DNA of 64,000 nt from Fistulifera solaris (Eukaryota). Shown here piece by piece: positions 24,247 through 36,882 of the stretch (its first letter is position 1; every line of letters begins with the position of its first letter). The stretch spans positions 496,001 to 560,000 of the forward strand of contig AP026123.1 of NCBI GenBank assembly GCA_030295235.1. Reading direction: 5' to 3'. The position numbers and the translations under genes are program-made. The notes under the pieces were generated by a model, which saw nothing but the letters and a program-made list of their open reading frames with translations, ran no database searches and had not been told where the DNA came from.

Positions 24247-25455
24247 ATGTCAAGCAGTCGAGAAGGCTTAGCCATTGTTGACGAGAAGCTCACCTATACC
24301 AACGTCGTTGAAGAGATCGATATAGAATCGGTTCTATCCGAATACGTCATGGCGGAGGATCTTGAAGCGATTCTGCCCTCCGAGCGCATTCCAACGGTAG
24401 TTACCAAGAGTTACGAAGGGGAAGTTGCCAAGGACGACGAAGAGCAAGTTCCCTTAAGCCCCATCGGATCGGATCTTTCCGTTCGTGCGGAAGAGCTCTC
24501 CGAGTCTATCTTAGAGAATCTACCTGTTTCTCCTTCATTGCGCGACGTTGACCAAGATCCCGAACAAGTCAACTGCGAAGATATTGACAGCGCTGCTTCA
24601 TCGGACCGCATCAATCAGAAAGTGCCAGAAGGAGCTGCGCCCGACCTGGGTGTCGATACCTCAAAATCTGATGTCAAACCGTCAACGAGTGTCATGTCAC
24701 GACTTGTTTCACTCTTTCGTCTTACCGTGTTGGCTCTGCTCGTTTTCTACGGCCTAAAGACAAGCGCACGCTGGTCATTGCCTTATCGCGACGCATCTAC
24801 GAAAGAAGAAGCAAGAACGATGAATGAAGGCGAACTTAATGGACAAGTCGTGATGAGTACTCTTGTGGTGGATAAAACTCCCAAATACGATGACTGGTCG
24901 CAAGATTATATGGAGCAATGGATGGGCATTGACGACAGAAACAACGCGCTTTCCATTCTTCCAACCGTCGATGATTCCAAACGCGGCTGGGGTACTTTCT
25001 TCGCACAGCTGCTAGGACTGACACTCTCTGTGTGCTCCGTGACAATGATGAAGGATGAGAATACGGGTGATGAAAAATTGGTTGATGAACTTGTTCACAA
25101 AAATCTCTCAAATTCGCGCTTGGATAGTATTTGCCATTTATTGGTCGATTGCAAGAAAAGCTTGCGTCGAAATGGGCGACGCAGTCGTAAGGAATCAGAT
25201 CTGAAGGGCTACGACACGGCCAAATACGAACGCTTATCGGTTGAAGATTTACAAAAGATTTTGACCTCATTCAATCAATCGACGAAGGGCAGCAAGCAGT
25301 GTCTTATCAAAGCGATTGTAACTGAATACGCTCGACAGCTCGCTCTCCTGACCAAGGCTGAGATAAAGGAGCTGGAGGAATTTCACGACATTCGCTCGGA
25401 TACGGTGCAGACGAAAGCAAAGATGATCAAAACTCTTGTCGAAGCGGCCTTCTAA
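24247..25455 (+). CDS. Hypothetical membrane protein with C-terminal SAP-like motif
   Basis: Acidic N-terminus, two hydrophobic segments, YERLSVEDLQKILTSFNQSTKGSKQCLIKAI resembles the SAP consensus. Confidence 0.55.
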   Translation: MSSSREGLAIVDEKLTYTNVVEEIDIESVLSEYVMAEDLEAILPSERIPTVVTKSYEGEVAKDDEEQVPLSPIGSDLSVRAEELSESILENLPVSPSLRDVDQDPEQVNCEDIDSAASSDRINQKVPEGAAPDLGVDTSKSDVKPSTSVMSRLVSLFRLTVLALLVFYGLKTSARWSLPYRDASTKEEARTMNEGELNGQVVMSTLVVDKTPKYDDWSQDYMEQWMGIDDRNNALSILPTVDDSKRGWGTFFAQLLGLTLSVCSVTMMKDENTGDEKLVDELVHKNLSNSRLDSICHLLVDCKKSLRRNGRRSRKESDLKGYDTAKYERLSVEDLQKILTSFNQSTKGSKQCLIKAIVTEYARQLALLTKAEIKELEEFHDIRSDTVQTKAKMIKTLVEAAF

Positions 25456-25514
25456 TTATCTATGTTAAATGAAAACATATAATTAGTATAATCAGAAATA
25501 TCTATTAACGTTAC

Positions 25515-28046
25515 TCAGCTAGTTGCACTGATCGTGACTGGTTCGTTCGAGCGTCGGTCTCTTTGTCTATTTCTTCGCATCACGTGATGATACAAGTAGA
25601 CCAGACTTTGCGGAGTCATGCCGCTAATTTGCGACGCCTCATGAAACGTGCTTGGTCTGATTCTCGTAAGCTTCTCAAGTTCCTCGTTGCTTAGTGTGGG
25701 CAGATTATTATGATCATAAACGACATCCGGAGGTATTCGTAAACCCTGAGCTCGCCTCCAGCTATCCATATCTTTGTATTGCCGACGCACGTATGACTTA
25801 TACTTCACTGATGCTTCGACGGTGTCATATACCGATAATGGGCATTTCACAAACGCTATCTCGTCAGATGAAGTCTCGGAGGATTCCTTGCGAACATCCA
25901 TCATGATGTTTTCTACATCGTTGAGTGTTACATGGGGCATAATAAGAATTTCCTCGGCGGTCTTTTTCTGCCCTTGCTTCCGACTTACTTGCGCTCCGCC
26001 CATGAGATCATTGCCACCGCGAGCTGACCATTCTGTGACCTTCAAGTCAAACTTCTGTAATTGTTCGATACGATCCCCAATAAGCATTTCACGGGCGTCA
26101 AGAGCAGAGATGCGCTCTTCGTCTTGGACTAAGCCAAAGTCTATTCCCTTCCGAGTCAGCCGCAAGTCCGCGTTGTCAGCTCTCAAACTGATACGATATT
26201 CTGCTCGCGAAGTAAACATACGGTATGGCTCCAGTGTTCCTCGAGTGACCAAATCGTCGATTAAAACGCCAATATATCCCTCATCGCGACCAATGATGAG
26301 CGGTGAAGGAGCCTTTTCGCCAGAACTTGCTGCCACAGCTGCTCGACCGGCATTTGCTCCGGCAATGATCCCTTGTGCGGCAGCTTCTTCGTATCCTGTC
26401 GTTCCGCAAATCTGCCCCGCGAGAAACAGCCCCCTATACTTTTTGTCTCGAGCGTGTGTGTTAATGCCTGAGGGTTGACAAAATCATACTCCACGTCATA
26501 GCCAGGACGAACAATGTCAACGGCTCCAAGTCCCTTCATACTCCGAATAATTTTTAACTGGATTTCTTCGGGAAAAGGTCTGCACATTCATTCAAACGGT
26601 GAGAGGTTTAGCGCAAAGGGTTTTAATTTGTCAGGAATTGACGTACCCACTCATTCCATTCGGGTAAACAATATTCGTATTGAGACCTTCTGGCTCTAAA
26701 AGCAATTATGACCCGTTCTATCGGGAAACCGTTGTACTTTCTTGTAAAGAGATGGACAATATCGTGGGCCGTTTCCCTTACCGTCCAAGCCGTCGTAGAT
26801 GGGAAGTGTGTGCTCATACTTCATTACAAGCTCATGCGTCTTTTCGTTTGTTGCTGTCTGATAACAGTCAATCAAAGTACCCGCTGTGACCATGGGAGGC
26901 TGCTCTTCGTTGAACTGACGAACGTGTGAAAACGGTTGCGCCGGGACTTCCGATGGTTGGATCGTACAGGCATCCCAGTCGATCGAACTCCCGTCGATGC
27001 GAGGTGGAGTGCCCGTCTTTAAACGGCTAAGTGGAAAATTGAAACGAGCCAATGTCTGTGCCAATCCTACCGAAGGAGGCTCCACCAGTTCGGAATCTCG
27101 TAGATGTCGTCCACCAGCATAACGGTCGTGACCGATCATCAATACACCGCGGAGGAACGTCCCTGTAGTAATGACTACAGCCCTAGCTTGAATTTCGTGT
27201 CGTGTCGCAGGTTGATTTTCGCTCTCTGTTGTCTCGACAACGACTCCACGAATTCGTGCGTTTCGAGAGGCGGATGTGGCAGATTGCATCATTTTGTCCA
27301 TTTCGGGTCGTCGGTCATCACTTTGCGAATTTATCCCCAATAAGCCTGTCCCAGAGACACGAATTGTATTCTCCACCGACATGGGTGCCAGCGATTCAAT
27401 AGGAGAAGTCGATTCATCTAAAAGTAAATCTTGAACGCTGGCTTCAAAAAGATGTAAATTGGGATAGGACTTCAAGGTCGCTTGCATCGACGCCTTGTAT
27501 AGATCACGATCCATCTGAGCTCGTGGTCCGCGCACGGCCGGTCCCTTACTACGATTGAGAACACGAAAATGAATCCCCGCCTCATCTGCCACTGTACCGA
27601 TCAATCCGTCGAGTGCGTCAATTTCTCGAACTAGATGGCCCTTCCCGATGCCCCCCGATGGAAGGGTTGCACGAGAGTTCACCGATCGTGTCGAGACGTT
27701 GCGTCACGAGGGCCGTTTTCGCTCCCGTTCGTGCCGCAGCGGCAGCTGTATCGCATCCTGCGTGACCCCCTCCTACTACAATGACATCGTATTCTTGATT
27801 CAACAGCGCATTTTGATTGTTGAGAGAGGAGGAGATCTCACGGTGTTTCGGAAAGAGAGGGGCGCCGGACGAAACGAGAAACTTTTTACAGAGTTGACTC
27901 TGAACAGCAGAGTTCGGCTCATTAACATGATGAGCGATGAGAGAGCGATATTCATATTCAGGATCTTCGACGGCTGGGTTGCATGGCCCACTGCCAGCAT
28001 CGTCTTTGCTCTCTAATGTTGTTGCTTCTTTCGTTATATTTTTCAT
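25515..28046 (-). CDS. MTO1: tRNA uridine-34 modification enzyme MnmG/GidA (MTO1)
   Basis: [84 protein letters not shown]. Intron 26580-26646; several frameshifts (~27655, ~26700, ~26435). Confidence 0.93.
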
Positions 28047-28082
28047 GGTCGCCACAGAAAGATTGTTGATGTGGAAGGATAA

Positions 28083-28345
28083 CGCACCGACGGCTAGACG
28101 TGTACCGGTACGTTGGTTTATATTTAAAGAGTAAAAAAAGTAATCTACTTTTATCAATACTGTAGAATCCCACTAGGACGCCACTGATTAACAAGTAAGG
28201 TTAAACCTTACAAGCAAACTGCCGCACCGACGGCTAGACCTGTACCGGTACGTTGGTTTGTATATTTAAAGAGTAAAAAAAGTGATCTACTACTATCAAT
28301 ATTGTAGAATCCCACTAGGTCGCTACTGAGTAACAAGTAAGGTTA
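28083..28345. repeat. Tandem duplication of ~120 bp (period ~140 bp) immediately upstream of MTO1
   Basis: cgcaccgacggctagac..gtaccggtacgttggttt...gtagaatcccactagg...taacaagtaaggtta occurs at ~28083 and ~28223. Confidence 0.85.
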
Positions 28346-28485
28346 CAGCGCAGCAGACTGCCATTGCTCCATTTTGCCCATTTTGCTACAAAGTATGCAC
28401 AAAGCACAACGAGCAACAAAGACAGGGAAACATATGTGTTGAATATTACCAAAAATTGATAGTTCGTTACAATGAATCATAAAAT

Positions 28486-29121
28486 TCAATCAAACTGGTG
28501 AGGAATAGTGAAATTCGCAGCAGAATCCTGTAGCGATAGATCGCTCGTCAAAGACTCAATCGAACCTGGGCGACCGTCATACCAATGAAAGGCCATGCTG
28601 CGTGATTTCGGTATGACAAAGGAATTGCGTCGTTGATATCTCACTCCAAGAGGAGGAAGACACGGGTCATCATTCTTGAGGGGACCCACGGTTCGAGCGC
28701 GCTTGGTGGCCGGAAAAGTGAGATCACTTTGCACCAAATCATGGTTCTTGTGAAAGGACGAAGCCGATAATAAACGGGCGAACCGAGCGGCCTCGTCTAA
28801 TATGAGACTTGTCGAGGCGCAGTGATCTTCCGAGTCGAGCGCTTTGTGACTACGCTTTGCTGGACGGCGACGAAACTCGGCGAGCTTGGGAGTGTTATTT
28901 GCGAGGCCGAGAAAATTGGCCAAGGCAATGTCACCGTGCGTCTTCGGATGATTCATCTTCGTTACGGGAGATTCCTTTGCATCCGCTGTTTCCTCGAGCA
29001 TGTCCTTGACCTGCGAGAGCTTGAGGGGATACGGATGAAACAATTTGACGTCGGGAGAGCAACCAACTTGGCATGCGTTCAACTCGTTTGGAGTGATGAG
29101 TGATTGGGCTTGACTGGTCAT
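28486..29121 (-). CDS. Hypothetical protein with RYQRRNSF motif
   Basis: 211-aa ATG-initiated ORF with basic motifs (RRRPAKR, KRAR, RYQRRNSFVI). Confidence 0.55.
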   Translation of the reverse strand: MTSQAQSLITPNELNACQVGCSPDVKLFHPYPLKLSQVKDMLEETADAKESPVTKMNHPKTHGDIALANFLGLANNTPKLAEFRRRPAKRSHKALDSEDHCASTSLILDEAARFARLLSASSFHKNHDLVQSDLTFPATKRARTVGPLKNDDPCLPPLGVRYQRRNSFVIPKSRSMAFHWYDGRPGSIESLTSDLSLQDSAANFTIPHQFD

Positions 29122-30072
29122 TGTTTCCTATGATAAAGATTGCGTGGTAGTCGAGAAAACTGGCTTTCAAAAATATTTGAAATTTTGTGAGAACAAACAA
29201 TGTGTTGCTGGTCTTTGAGAAGAGGACGAGTGGGTCACTCACTTGCGTAAAGAGACTGGAAGATAGTCCGCCAGAGCAGGTTACAGAGAATGGAGCAAAG
29301 AACAGATTCAGTTAAGTGGAAACGGCAAGGACTTTTTCCTCTTTCTTCCTTCGCAGGACTGCTACGACTGTGTGTCAAAGATGTGATGACGGGAAACACG
29401 TAAAAACGCCTCGCCACTTGGCATTCCGCGCTCCGAGAGAATGCTGAGTCTTTCTAGAACTCGTTTACATTCGACATGGAGAGTCGGATGACGACATTAA
29501 ACTTGGGGTCTTGCTCCCGTTTGTCAGTGATCACTGGTAAAGGTTAAAGTGGTAGTTCTTCGCTATTTTGTTAATGCTCGCTTGTTCGTCAAGCACCAGC
29601 ATTGACTCGGTCACTTGCGTGTCTCCACAGGTGACATCTTAGTTCTGCGTCTTGATTTGTTAGTCGAGAGACGAGCGACCTACTCTTTTCTTCTTCTGGT
29701 ACAGTATTAACATCGGAGTTAATAAAAGCTTTTTGCAACTTCATTGTCTCTATACTGTCTCTATAGCGGTCTCTTGAGACTTTAGAGATAGCTGTTTGTG
29801 GTGATTCTGCGGAGTATTTGTTTGCGCTTTCACCTAAACAGTTTGAAAGTCTCACCGGTATACGCTGGATGGTTTTCCTGCGCTCAGTCACCAAGCAGTC
29901 ACGATCGCAGTGGATCATGAATGAAAATGTGAGTCAGTCACATCAAAAATCAAAACGCATAAAAAAAAACTATCGATCAAACATCGTCTGCTATTTCTAT
30001 GATGACCACGTCATGGCCCACAATGGGTGCTTTGCGCTGACTTGTGATAACAACTGCGATTCCCGATTAATA

Positions 30073-30989
30073 ATGCCGGACCTGCGTCTTTCCCTGCTGC
30101 ATGTGTTCACAATGATTACGCTATTCAATCCGCTTGTTGTCTTTTCGATGAAGACATCGGCAGGCTTCCGACGAACTGCACTTCGCGCATCCTTTTCGGC
30201 AGAAACTACAGTCAGTAACAAAAAGAAGCTTCTTGTTTTGGGGGTACAGGGTTTCTAGGCCAGAATGTATGTGAACAAGCATTGCAGGCAGGTTACGATG
30301 TTGTGAGTCTTTCCCGACGTGGTCTTCCTCCGTCGGGGGGAGTATCAAACGTCGACTATCGACAAGGCGATGCACGCTTGAAAGCTTCGGTTGCGAATAT
30401 TTTCGGTGAAAGCTCTAATTTTGCAGGAGTTGTTCACTGTATCGGTTTGTTGTTTGATGATCAGTCGGGTTTGGGCTCTTTGAATGTCTACGTTTCGGGC
30501 TCTGGATCACTTCCAGACGCGGCGTCCACGTATGAAACTATTACACGGCAGACCGCATTTAACGCGATCGAAGTAGCGACGGAATACGCCAACAAGAATG
30601 CGCTACAACAATTTCCTTTTTGTTTCACATCGGCCGCCGAAGCGGGGTGGCCCGATGTGGCTGGAGGAGATCTTATCGAAAACTATCTTGCGCCAGACTT
30701 TTTGAAAAGATATCTAGTGGCAAAGCGTGCGGTAGAAGCAAAGTTGCTTTCGAGTGAACCTACTTTGCGTCCGATTATCGTGCGACCGTCTCTGATTTAT
30801 AGCATGGATCGACCTTTGAGTTTCCCTCCCGTCGGTGCTTTCTTTGTGGGCAACAAAGTCGGTCTTCCCTTCGTCGATCGACCAGTCACGGTGCAAAATT
30901 TATCAAATGCTATGGTGAAGGCTATAGCAAGAGACGATGTAAAAGGCTTGCTGCGCTACCAACAAATCGATGATATCAGTAGTTCTTAA
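30073..30989 (+). CDS. NAD(P)-binding atypical SDR (Coq11/NDUFA9-like) with N-terminal targeting peptide
   Basis: Correcting the G run at 30240-30244 gives LLVLGGTGFLG; also VVSLSRRG, VVHCIG, RYLVAKRAVE, IVRPSLIY. Confidence 0.8.
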
Positions 30990-33900
30990 CCCATCGGCAA
31001 ATGACAGTAACTAGCTTCATTATTATTTCGTTTCTTGCAAATTTTATTCTATAGCTATAATACACCGGGGTTATATAATCCGTCGTGTTGAGACGCGGCC
31101 CTTTGGTTGGCTTTTGCGCATCTGAATACGTCACAAGCTTTTCAGGGAGATTCGGTATGGTCGGTGTTCTGGTCTTCAGATGAAGAAGCGACTCGTCCTT
31201 TCCTGCGCGGTCGAACATCCCCGCTGCTGCACCCCAGTTCACCGAGTTTGCATTAGCGTCACTAAGAGAATCGGCTATCATTCGAAGTAATTCTCGAACG
31301 AATTCTTTTGGTCCTTCGCAGACCTCTTTGTCGACATGTTTTGTTCGAACTCTGTGATAACACCAGGCGAGACTCCTGGTAAACATGACAGTATCTGTCT
31401 AGGAAGAGCACACGGGGTTACTTGAATGCCACCGCCATGTAGGGGGTCGTCTACTGTTTTCGCTTGTTCAAAAGTCGAGGGACCGGACATGTTCTGTTGT
31501 AGAGCGGGTCCCTGACCTCCAAACTGCAACGTCTGTCCCAATACCATCCTGCAGTAAATATCACGGATGACATTCATCATGTCCCATTCGATCCCAACCA
31601 TCCATTTGGGCTCCGTTACAACGTTCTTCACCGCTTGCGAAAACATTTGTTGGCCAAGAAGTTGCACATAGTGAGGAGACCAAGCTGTGGCTTCTAAAAT
31701 CCGATGACATATTTTAGTGACCCTTCGACAGGTATAAGCATCAGGATATCCAAGACACTGGATTATTGACAACGTCAAATTATTAGCGATAGGCTCACTT
31801 TCAAGAAACAAAAAGTGACAAAGGCCTTTGATGCGCCGAAGCTTTCTGGCGTCTTCATAAACTTCGTGCTCGGTCCTCGTCGTCCCATTCGCGTTTACCG
31901 TATCCACATTCTGTGGGCTGGTATCAGATTTTTTACTTGACTGTTCTTCCCTGGCCAAATTAGCAAGCACAAGAGCCCAGTCGCCCTTTAAGGCCAACGC
32001 CACCTGCATAACATCACTAAATGTCCTACTTAGCTCCACGACGCTTTTTTTCTACCGCTGCCTCGGATGTCACACCATCGAGCTCGCCCACAAACAACCC
32101 CGCGTGCCCATAATACCAAGTGTACCAAATCTCGCTATCTTGAGAAGCAAGTACAGCTGCGCGATCGCAATCCGGTGTAGAAAGGGCTTTCCTTGGAGAC
32201 AGTGAGTCTCCGACAGCGTTACTCGCATTCGCATTCAAAATTGGATCCCATGTTTTTTCAAGCCGAAATCGAATATGGTCGAAAATAGGACTCATAATGG
32301 GTTCGATATGGGTCTTGTATAGTGTAGAAGGGGTGCAAGTGAGGATAAAAGTGACGACGTGTTTCATGAATTGGTTGAAATGTCTGTGTTCCATCGATCG
32401 AAGCGAAGATGGCTCGGTCAAGAGTGTGACGAGCCGTGGATATAGATGAGATATTTCCGGTGCAAAAAGTACTTTTTGGGTGCAAAGGAGTCCTAGTAAC
32501 TGGAAGCATGTGTTTCGAAGTTCATTAAGCCAGCCACTCCATTTGGGTACCAAGTTAACATCGCGTCGACTTGCACCTGTAACAACGCTTCCAGCGGTCC
32601 CACCCTCTCCAAATACCCCACCTGATTGAGCGTCGTGGTTCTTCGATAAGAATGCCTCATCCTCTGATATGGCAAAAAGATACCTTTGGTAGGGATTCCT
32701 AAGAAGAACGCTTTGCTGTTCCGGTCTCCAGACTGCAAGAATCACTTGGTAGATTTGAAGAAGCACCGGTAGAATACGTGGCCATAACGGCACAAAAGGG
32801 TCATCAACAGCAAGATCGTTGATACTCATAGGTCCCTCATCCCGAAATGTGAATTCAGAATACGTACTTATGTTCATAATAGATCCGTCGATGGGATTGA
32901 GCTGTGATCGTTTCTTGCGTGTCGCCTCTTGGCAGCGTTTTCCAACGGACAAAAGCTGGTTTAAAGGGGTAAACACTCGGTAATAGTTTTGAGTGATTCT
33001 TTGAACAGTTCCCGGATCTGTCGCTGCTGCTGGGTTGCTGGCTATATCTGCGACTCCCAAACATTCTAGTAAATAGGGCACAGAAGAAACCCATCGCTGG
33101 ATATCAGGAGCTTCAAGTGACTCAATTGCTGTTGAAAGGACTCCTCCTATGAAGTTTGACCGAGCCCGATGATCGTCGACAGCTGTCGCAACGCATGAAA
33201 GAAATTCGAAAAGATGAGTTTGATTCAGTGGAATGAGTCCGTCCATTGTTAAAAGTGAGCTTGTCGCATTACTCAGCTGCGCTAACCAAGGCACAAGGTG
33301 CTGAGGGACAACTTTAGCAATGGAAACAAGTGCTGATCCGCTCCTTTTCTTCAATCCAGTAGTTTCTGGACTTAGCCCTTTGCCGGGTTGAACATCGGTC
33401 CCGGTCCATTCATCTTTCAGTCCCAAGTAGCCAATTAATGATTCAACAGCCTGAAGTAATGTTGACGGATCATATTTCCACACAAACCTGAGTGGCTCCA
33501 ACAGGTACGTCCTTCGGAACCGAAGCCACAAATGAGCTGGGTTCCAGGTGACTACGCTGTGGGCAAGTTCAGCCAATGCTGCCTTTGTGCCCGCCCTAAG
33601 CTCCAATCGTGTTTTATGATCTTTTGATTTAAACTCTGTTTCGCGTTATCATCCATGGACCATGAAGGTAGGCCACTTAAAAAGTTTTCCATAGGCAACG
33701 CAATACCTTCGAATTGTATAACTGCGTCACTAAGTTGAGTCACCTGTCCGTTGGAAGCGTCCAAAAAGTTCAAAGGTTCTCCATTGGCGTGACTCTGAAG
33801 GAGCGACTTCATTCTCGCCGCCAGCGATTGAGCAACTATACAGGGTTCAACAGCCCCCGCGTGTTTGAAGACTGCGCTTGCCCGCGATCGGAAGTCGGAG

Positions 33901-35450
33901 AGCCATGCATCATAGCCATCTGAATCCTCAAAGCTCGCCTCTAGGAGCTGAGTATACGGATGTGCCTCGTTCTCGACATCCTCCCAACGAATTCGCGACA
34001 TGTGGTTCATGAAAGAAAGAATAATATTTTGAAGATAAGGAGCTAAAAGCCGACTTTGTGCGATTTGAGGATCACGAAACAAAGTAGTCCATGTATGCAG
34101 CTGCTCACAGCAAACCTTTCCTGAAGGATGTCGTAACATTTCAACGGTCAACAAGGTGAACGTATGAAATATGTCATACTCGGTACCTGATTGATCCAGA
34201 ATCGATTTGCTGGATGTAATGTAAGTTACGTACGAGGACAGGTGATTGGAAAGAAGACGCGAGAGCGCTTTGTGGAAGCCGAGCTGGTCTGTCAATGAAT
34301 CATACTGTCGAGTTGTGTCGCCCTCGGCCGCCAATTCGCTTCTCCGAAACTCTTCAACCATGCTAAAAGCCCGATTCGCTTCCTGTACCACTGCCGGCAA
34401 CTTTTCAAGAAGATCAATCCATTGATGTGTCTCCAATTTACCCCGAGTTATCAGCTGATCCAAGCAATCAATTGCCTTTACTTGAATTTCTGCTGTTGGT
34501 TCACGAAACAAATGAAACAGTGGCAAAACGAAATCCGGAGAACCTCCGATGATCCAGGAAAATGGCATAGAAAAGCAGAATTTTTGTAATAAAAGCAAGG
34601 TATCAGCGATGAGTAGAGCCAGATCCTCCGCTCGATTCTTTTCGCGTTTGTAGGAGGCGGCCTCATCCTCGGACAAAGTGTGAATGGTCCGATTTTGAGT
34701 TATGAGATATTTGTGCATTTCATATAGAGATGTTTGGGATTGCTGGAGAAAGACATAATGCTCAAGAAGCTGATAAAGAAGAGGGAGAAAACTACCCACA
34801 ACCTCGTTCAAGCCTTTCAAAACATCGTTGCGCCGGGTTGTTGGTACCTTCGCGTTGAAGTCGCTATCAGTGCAATCTTCCGCAAGAAGTTGTAGACATT
34901 CGAGACAAATTTTGATGCCAGCATTTCGCCCTGATTCTGGTGACGCCTCGTCGTACCAAAGACCTCCTTGACTGTACGGAGCGAAAATATCGGATATGAA
35001 AGTAGTCCATCGCTGGGGAAAATCACGGATCGCTATCGACTCAATAATCAACGCAATCTTCCTTCCCAAAATTCTGGTTTGACCGCTATCACCTGGTTGT
35101 TGACTCTGGATACAAAGTAAGCGCGCCGACTTCAATACAGCTTGCCGCAATGCAGTTCGATCCTGCTCTGACAATGACGAATAGCTGTAACTTCCAGCCT
35201 TTTTCTCTTGCAAGAAGGAAGCTAAAAGTTCCAAAGCTAGTAGCTTTGTTGCAACGGTAATGTCACTGCCTTCATAAACATGAAGTTCTGACTGTATCCA
35301 TGCCACGCACACGGCAATTCGTCCTTCATATTTCTTGAACTCTTCCAGGATTGTAAAGGCGCTTTGTCGGTCCGCTGCCGAAAAAGCAGAAGTGTAGAGC
35401 GACGAAACGGCAATGGCGCGAAGAACTGTTTGCTCTTGATTTGGGTCCAT
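30976..35450 (-). CDS. Importin-beta family exportin, exportin-5/Msn5-like
   Basis: N-terminal DRQSAFTILEEFK, AIRDFPQRW, LQLLAED...TTRRNDVLKGL; long helical HEAT-like body. Frameshifts at ~33600, ~32040 and ~31330; exact stop uncertain. Confidence 0.78.
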
Positions 35451-36017
35451 TTTGTTGCGATGTTTCTGATGCTAATAAGGGAGTAAATATAACATCAATC
35501 CTAAGAAAACGGACGATCACCTTTCAGCTTCTTAAGTGGACGTCAAGTTTTACTTTGGGTGTGCTTCTTTCCGAGATACCTGGTAAGTATCAGAGACTAT
35601 GCAGAGGACTTGTTTATTCTCAAAGTGTTTTTGTCAATCAACAAGGTTCTTGAATCAACAAGGTTCTTGAATGGATGTAAGATGAAAATGACATGGACGA
35701 CGACGAGAGACGATGGATGCATGATGGATGCGAGCAGGTGCGAGAGCTACTTGTAGCGAGGTGCGAGGGCAGAAAGCTGAGATCGGCGGACGGATGACGT
35801 ACAGGAAAAACAGTAATTCACGAAGACTCATGACTGAAATACTATCGTGCCAAATAATACTTTGGGCATAGTAAATTGTCGCCAACGACTGCAACAGTGC
35901 ACAGATGTCAATTTGCTTCGTATCAAAACGCAATAATCGTCATTAATTCGAAAACAAAACGTTGATGGAACGAATGATGCAACCCTTCGAAAGTCTACGT
36001 AATTTAACGTAGCTCTC

Positions 36018-36341
36018 ACACCGACTGAGTAGCACAGTTGGTTACTCTCCGGCTGACGAAACCGGAGGGGCGAGGTTCGGCGAGGTTCGATACGGTGGTT
36101 GGTCGATCTTGGCGCCCAGCGCCGTAGATGAGAGTCTTGAGACGATCGGTGGTCCCCGGTCGTGTCTGAATCAGATAGGAGCCCCTCTGTTCGCATAATT
36201 CACATGTTTGCCCTGGCAGCGGTTCGGTGTTCGGTGGATTTCATCCATTGTCCATTGGGTCAGTTGTGTTTCTCTAACTTGTATTAGGGACTCGGTTCTC
36301 TTGAAGGGATAGGACGTAAGCAGAGTACATTCTACTAGCCA
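36018..36341 (+). mobile_element. Putative tRNA-derived SINE (324 bp) flanked by a 13-bp target-site duplication
   Basis: taacgtagctctc at 36005-36017 and 36342-36354. The 5' head has A-box-like gtagcacagttggtta, hairpin ctccgg/ccggag, B-box-like ggttcgatac, and acceptor-like pairing cgactga/ttggtcg. Homologous uninterrupted site at ~49120-49230 (opposite strand). Confidence 0.75.
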
Positions 36342-36507
36342 TAACGTAGCTCTCGTAGGAAATTTATCGACAGAGGGGAACCCGGATATTTTTACTTCGA
36401 TCACAACATCTTTCGCGTCTTTTGGACACCAATGCCAACAAAAGGTTGCCCAACATCGTTTATATTCGAAGTAGACTAGCTTTGACAGTAAAACATGAAA
36501 CAGTAAC

Positions 36508-36882
36508 CAAAGTCGCAACAATCAACAATGATGATTCTGAACTACTTCGAAAAAATCCGAGGATCGGCACCTTGAATTTCCACTATGAAACGGAGTGTTG
36601 GTTTACGCTAGCCAAGACTGGATTAGACAGTAGTCATGAGTCATGAACTGAAACAGCAAAGGGTTCCGTTTTGCGTCTCTCGCATCCGTCCATTGTCATT
36701 CAACTGCGAGTATGATTATAATAACGGGTAAACAAAGTCGCAACAATGATGATTCTGAACTATTTGTTATGAGATTCTTTTATTTTCACGTCGAAAAATC
36801 CGAGGATCGACACCTTGAATTTCCACTATGAAACGGAGTGTTGGTTTACGCCAGCCAAGACTGGATTAGACAGTAGTCATGA
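36508..36882. repeat. Tandem duplication, period ~225-240 bp
   Basis: aaagtcgcaacaat..gatgattctgaacta and cgaaaaatccgaggatcg.caccttgaatttccactatgaaacggagtgttggtttacgc.agccaagactggattagacagtagtcatga each occur twice. Confidence 0.85.

Noticed and set aside
30976..30989. Overlap of the convergent SDR and exportin stop codons
   Set aside because: The exportin's last ORF probably runs long because of another frameshift; the true stop is uncertain.
36045..36100. Hammerhead ribozyme (ctgacga...gaaa) or a functional tRNA gene
   Set aside because: No stem II followed by GAAA in the required order. The D- and T-arms and 9-nt anticodon loop are non-canonical, so it fits a SINE head better than a tRNA.
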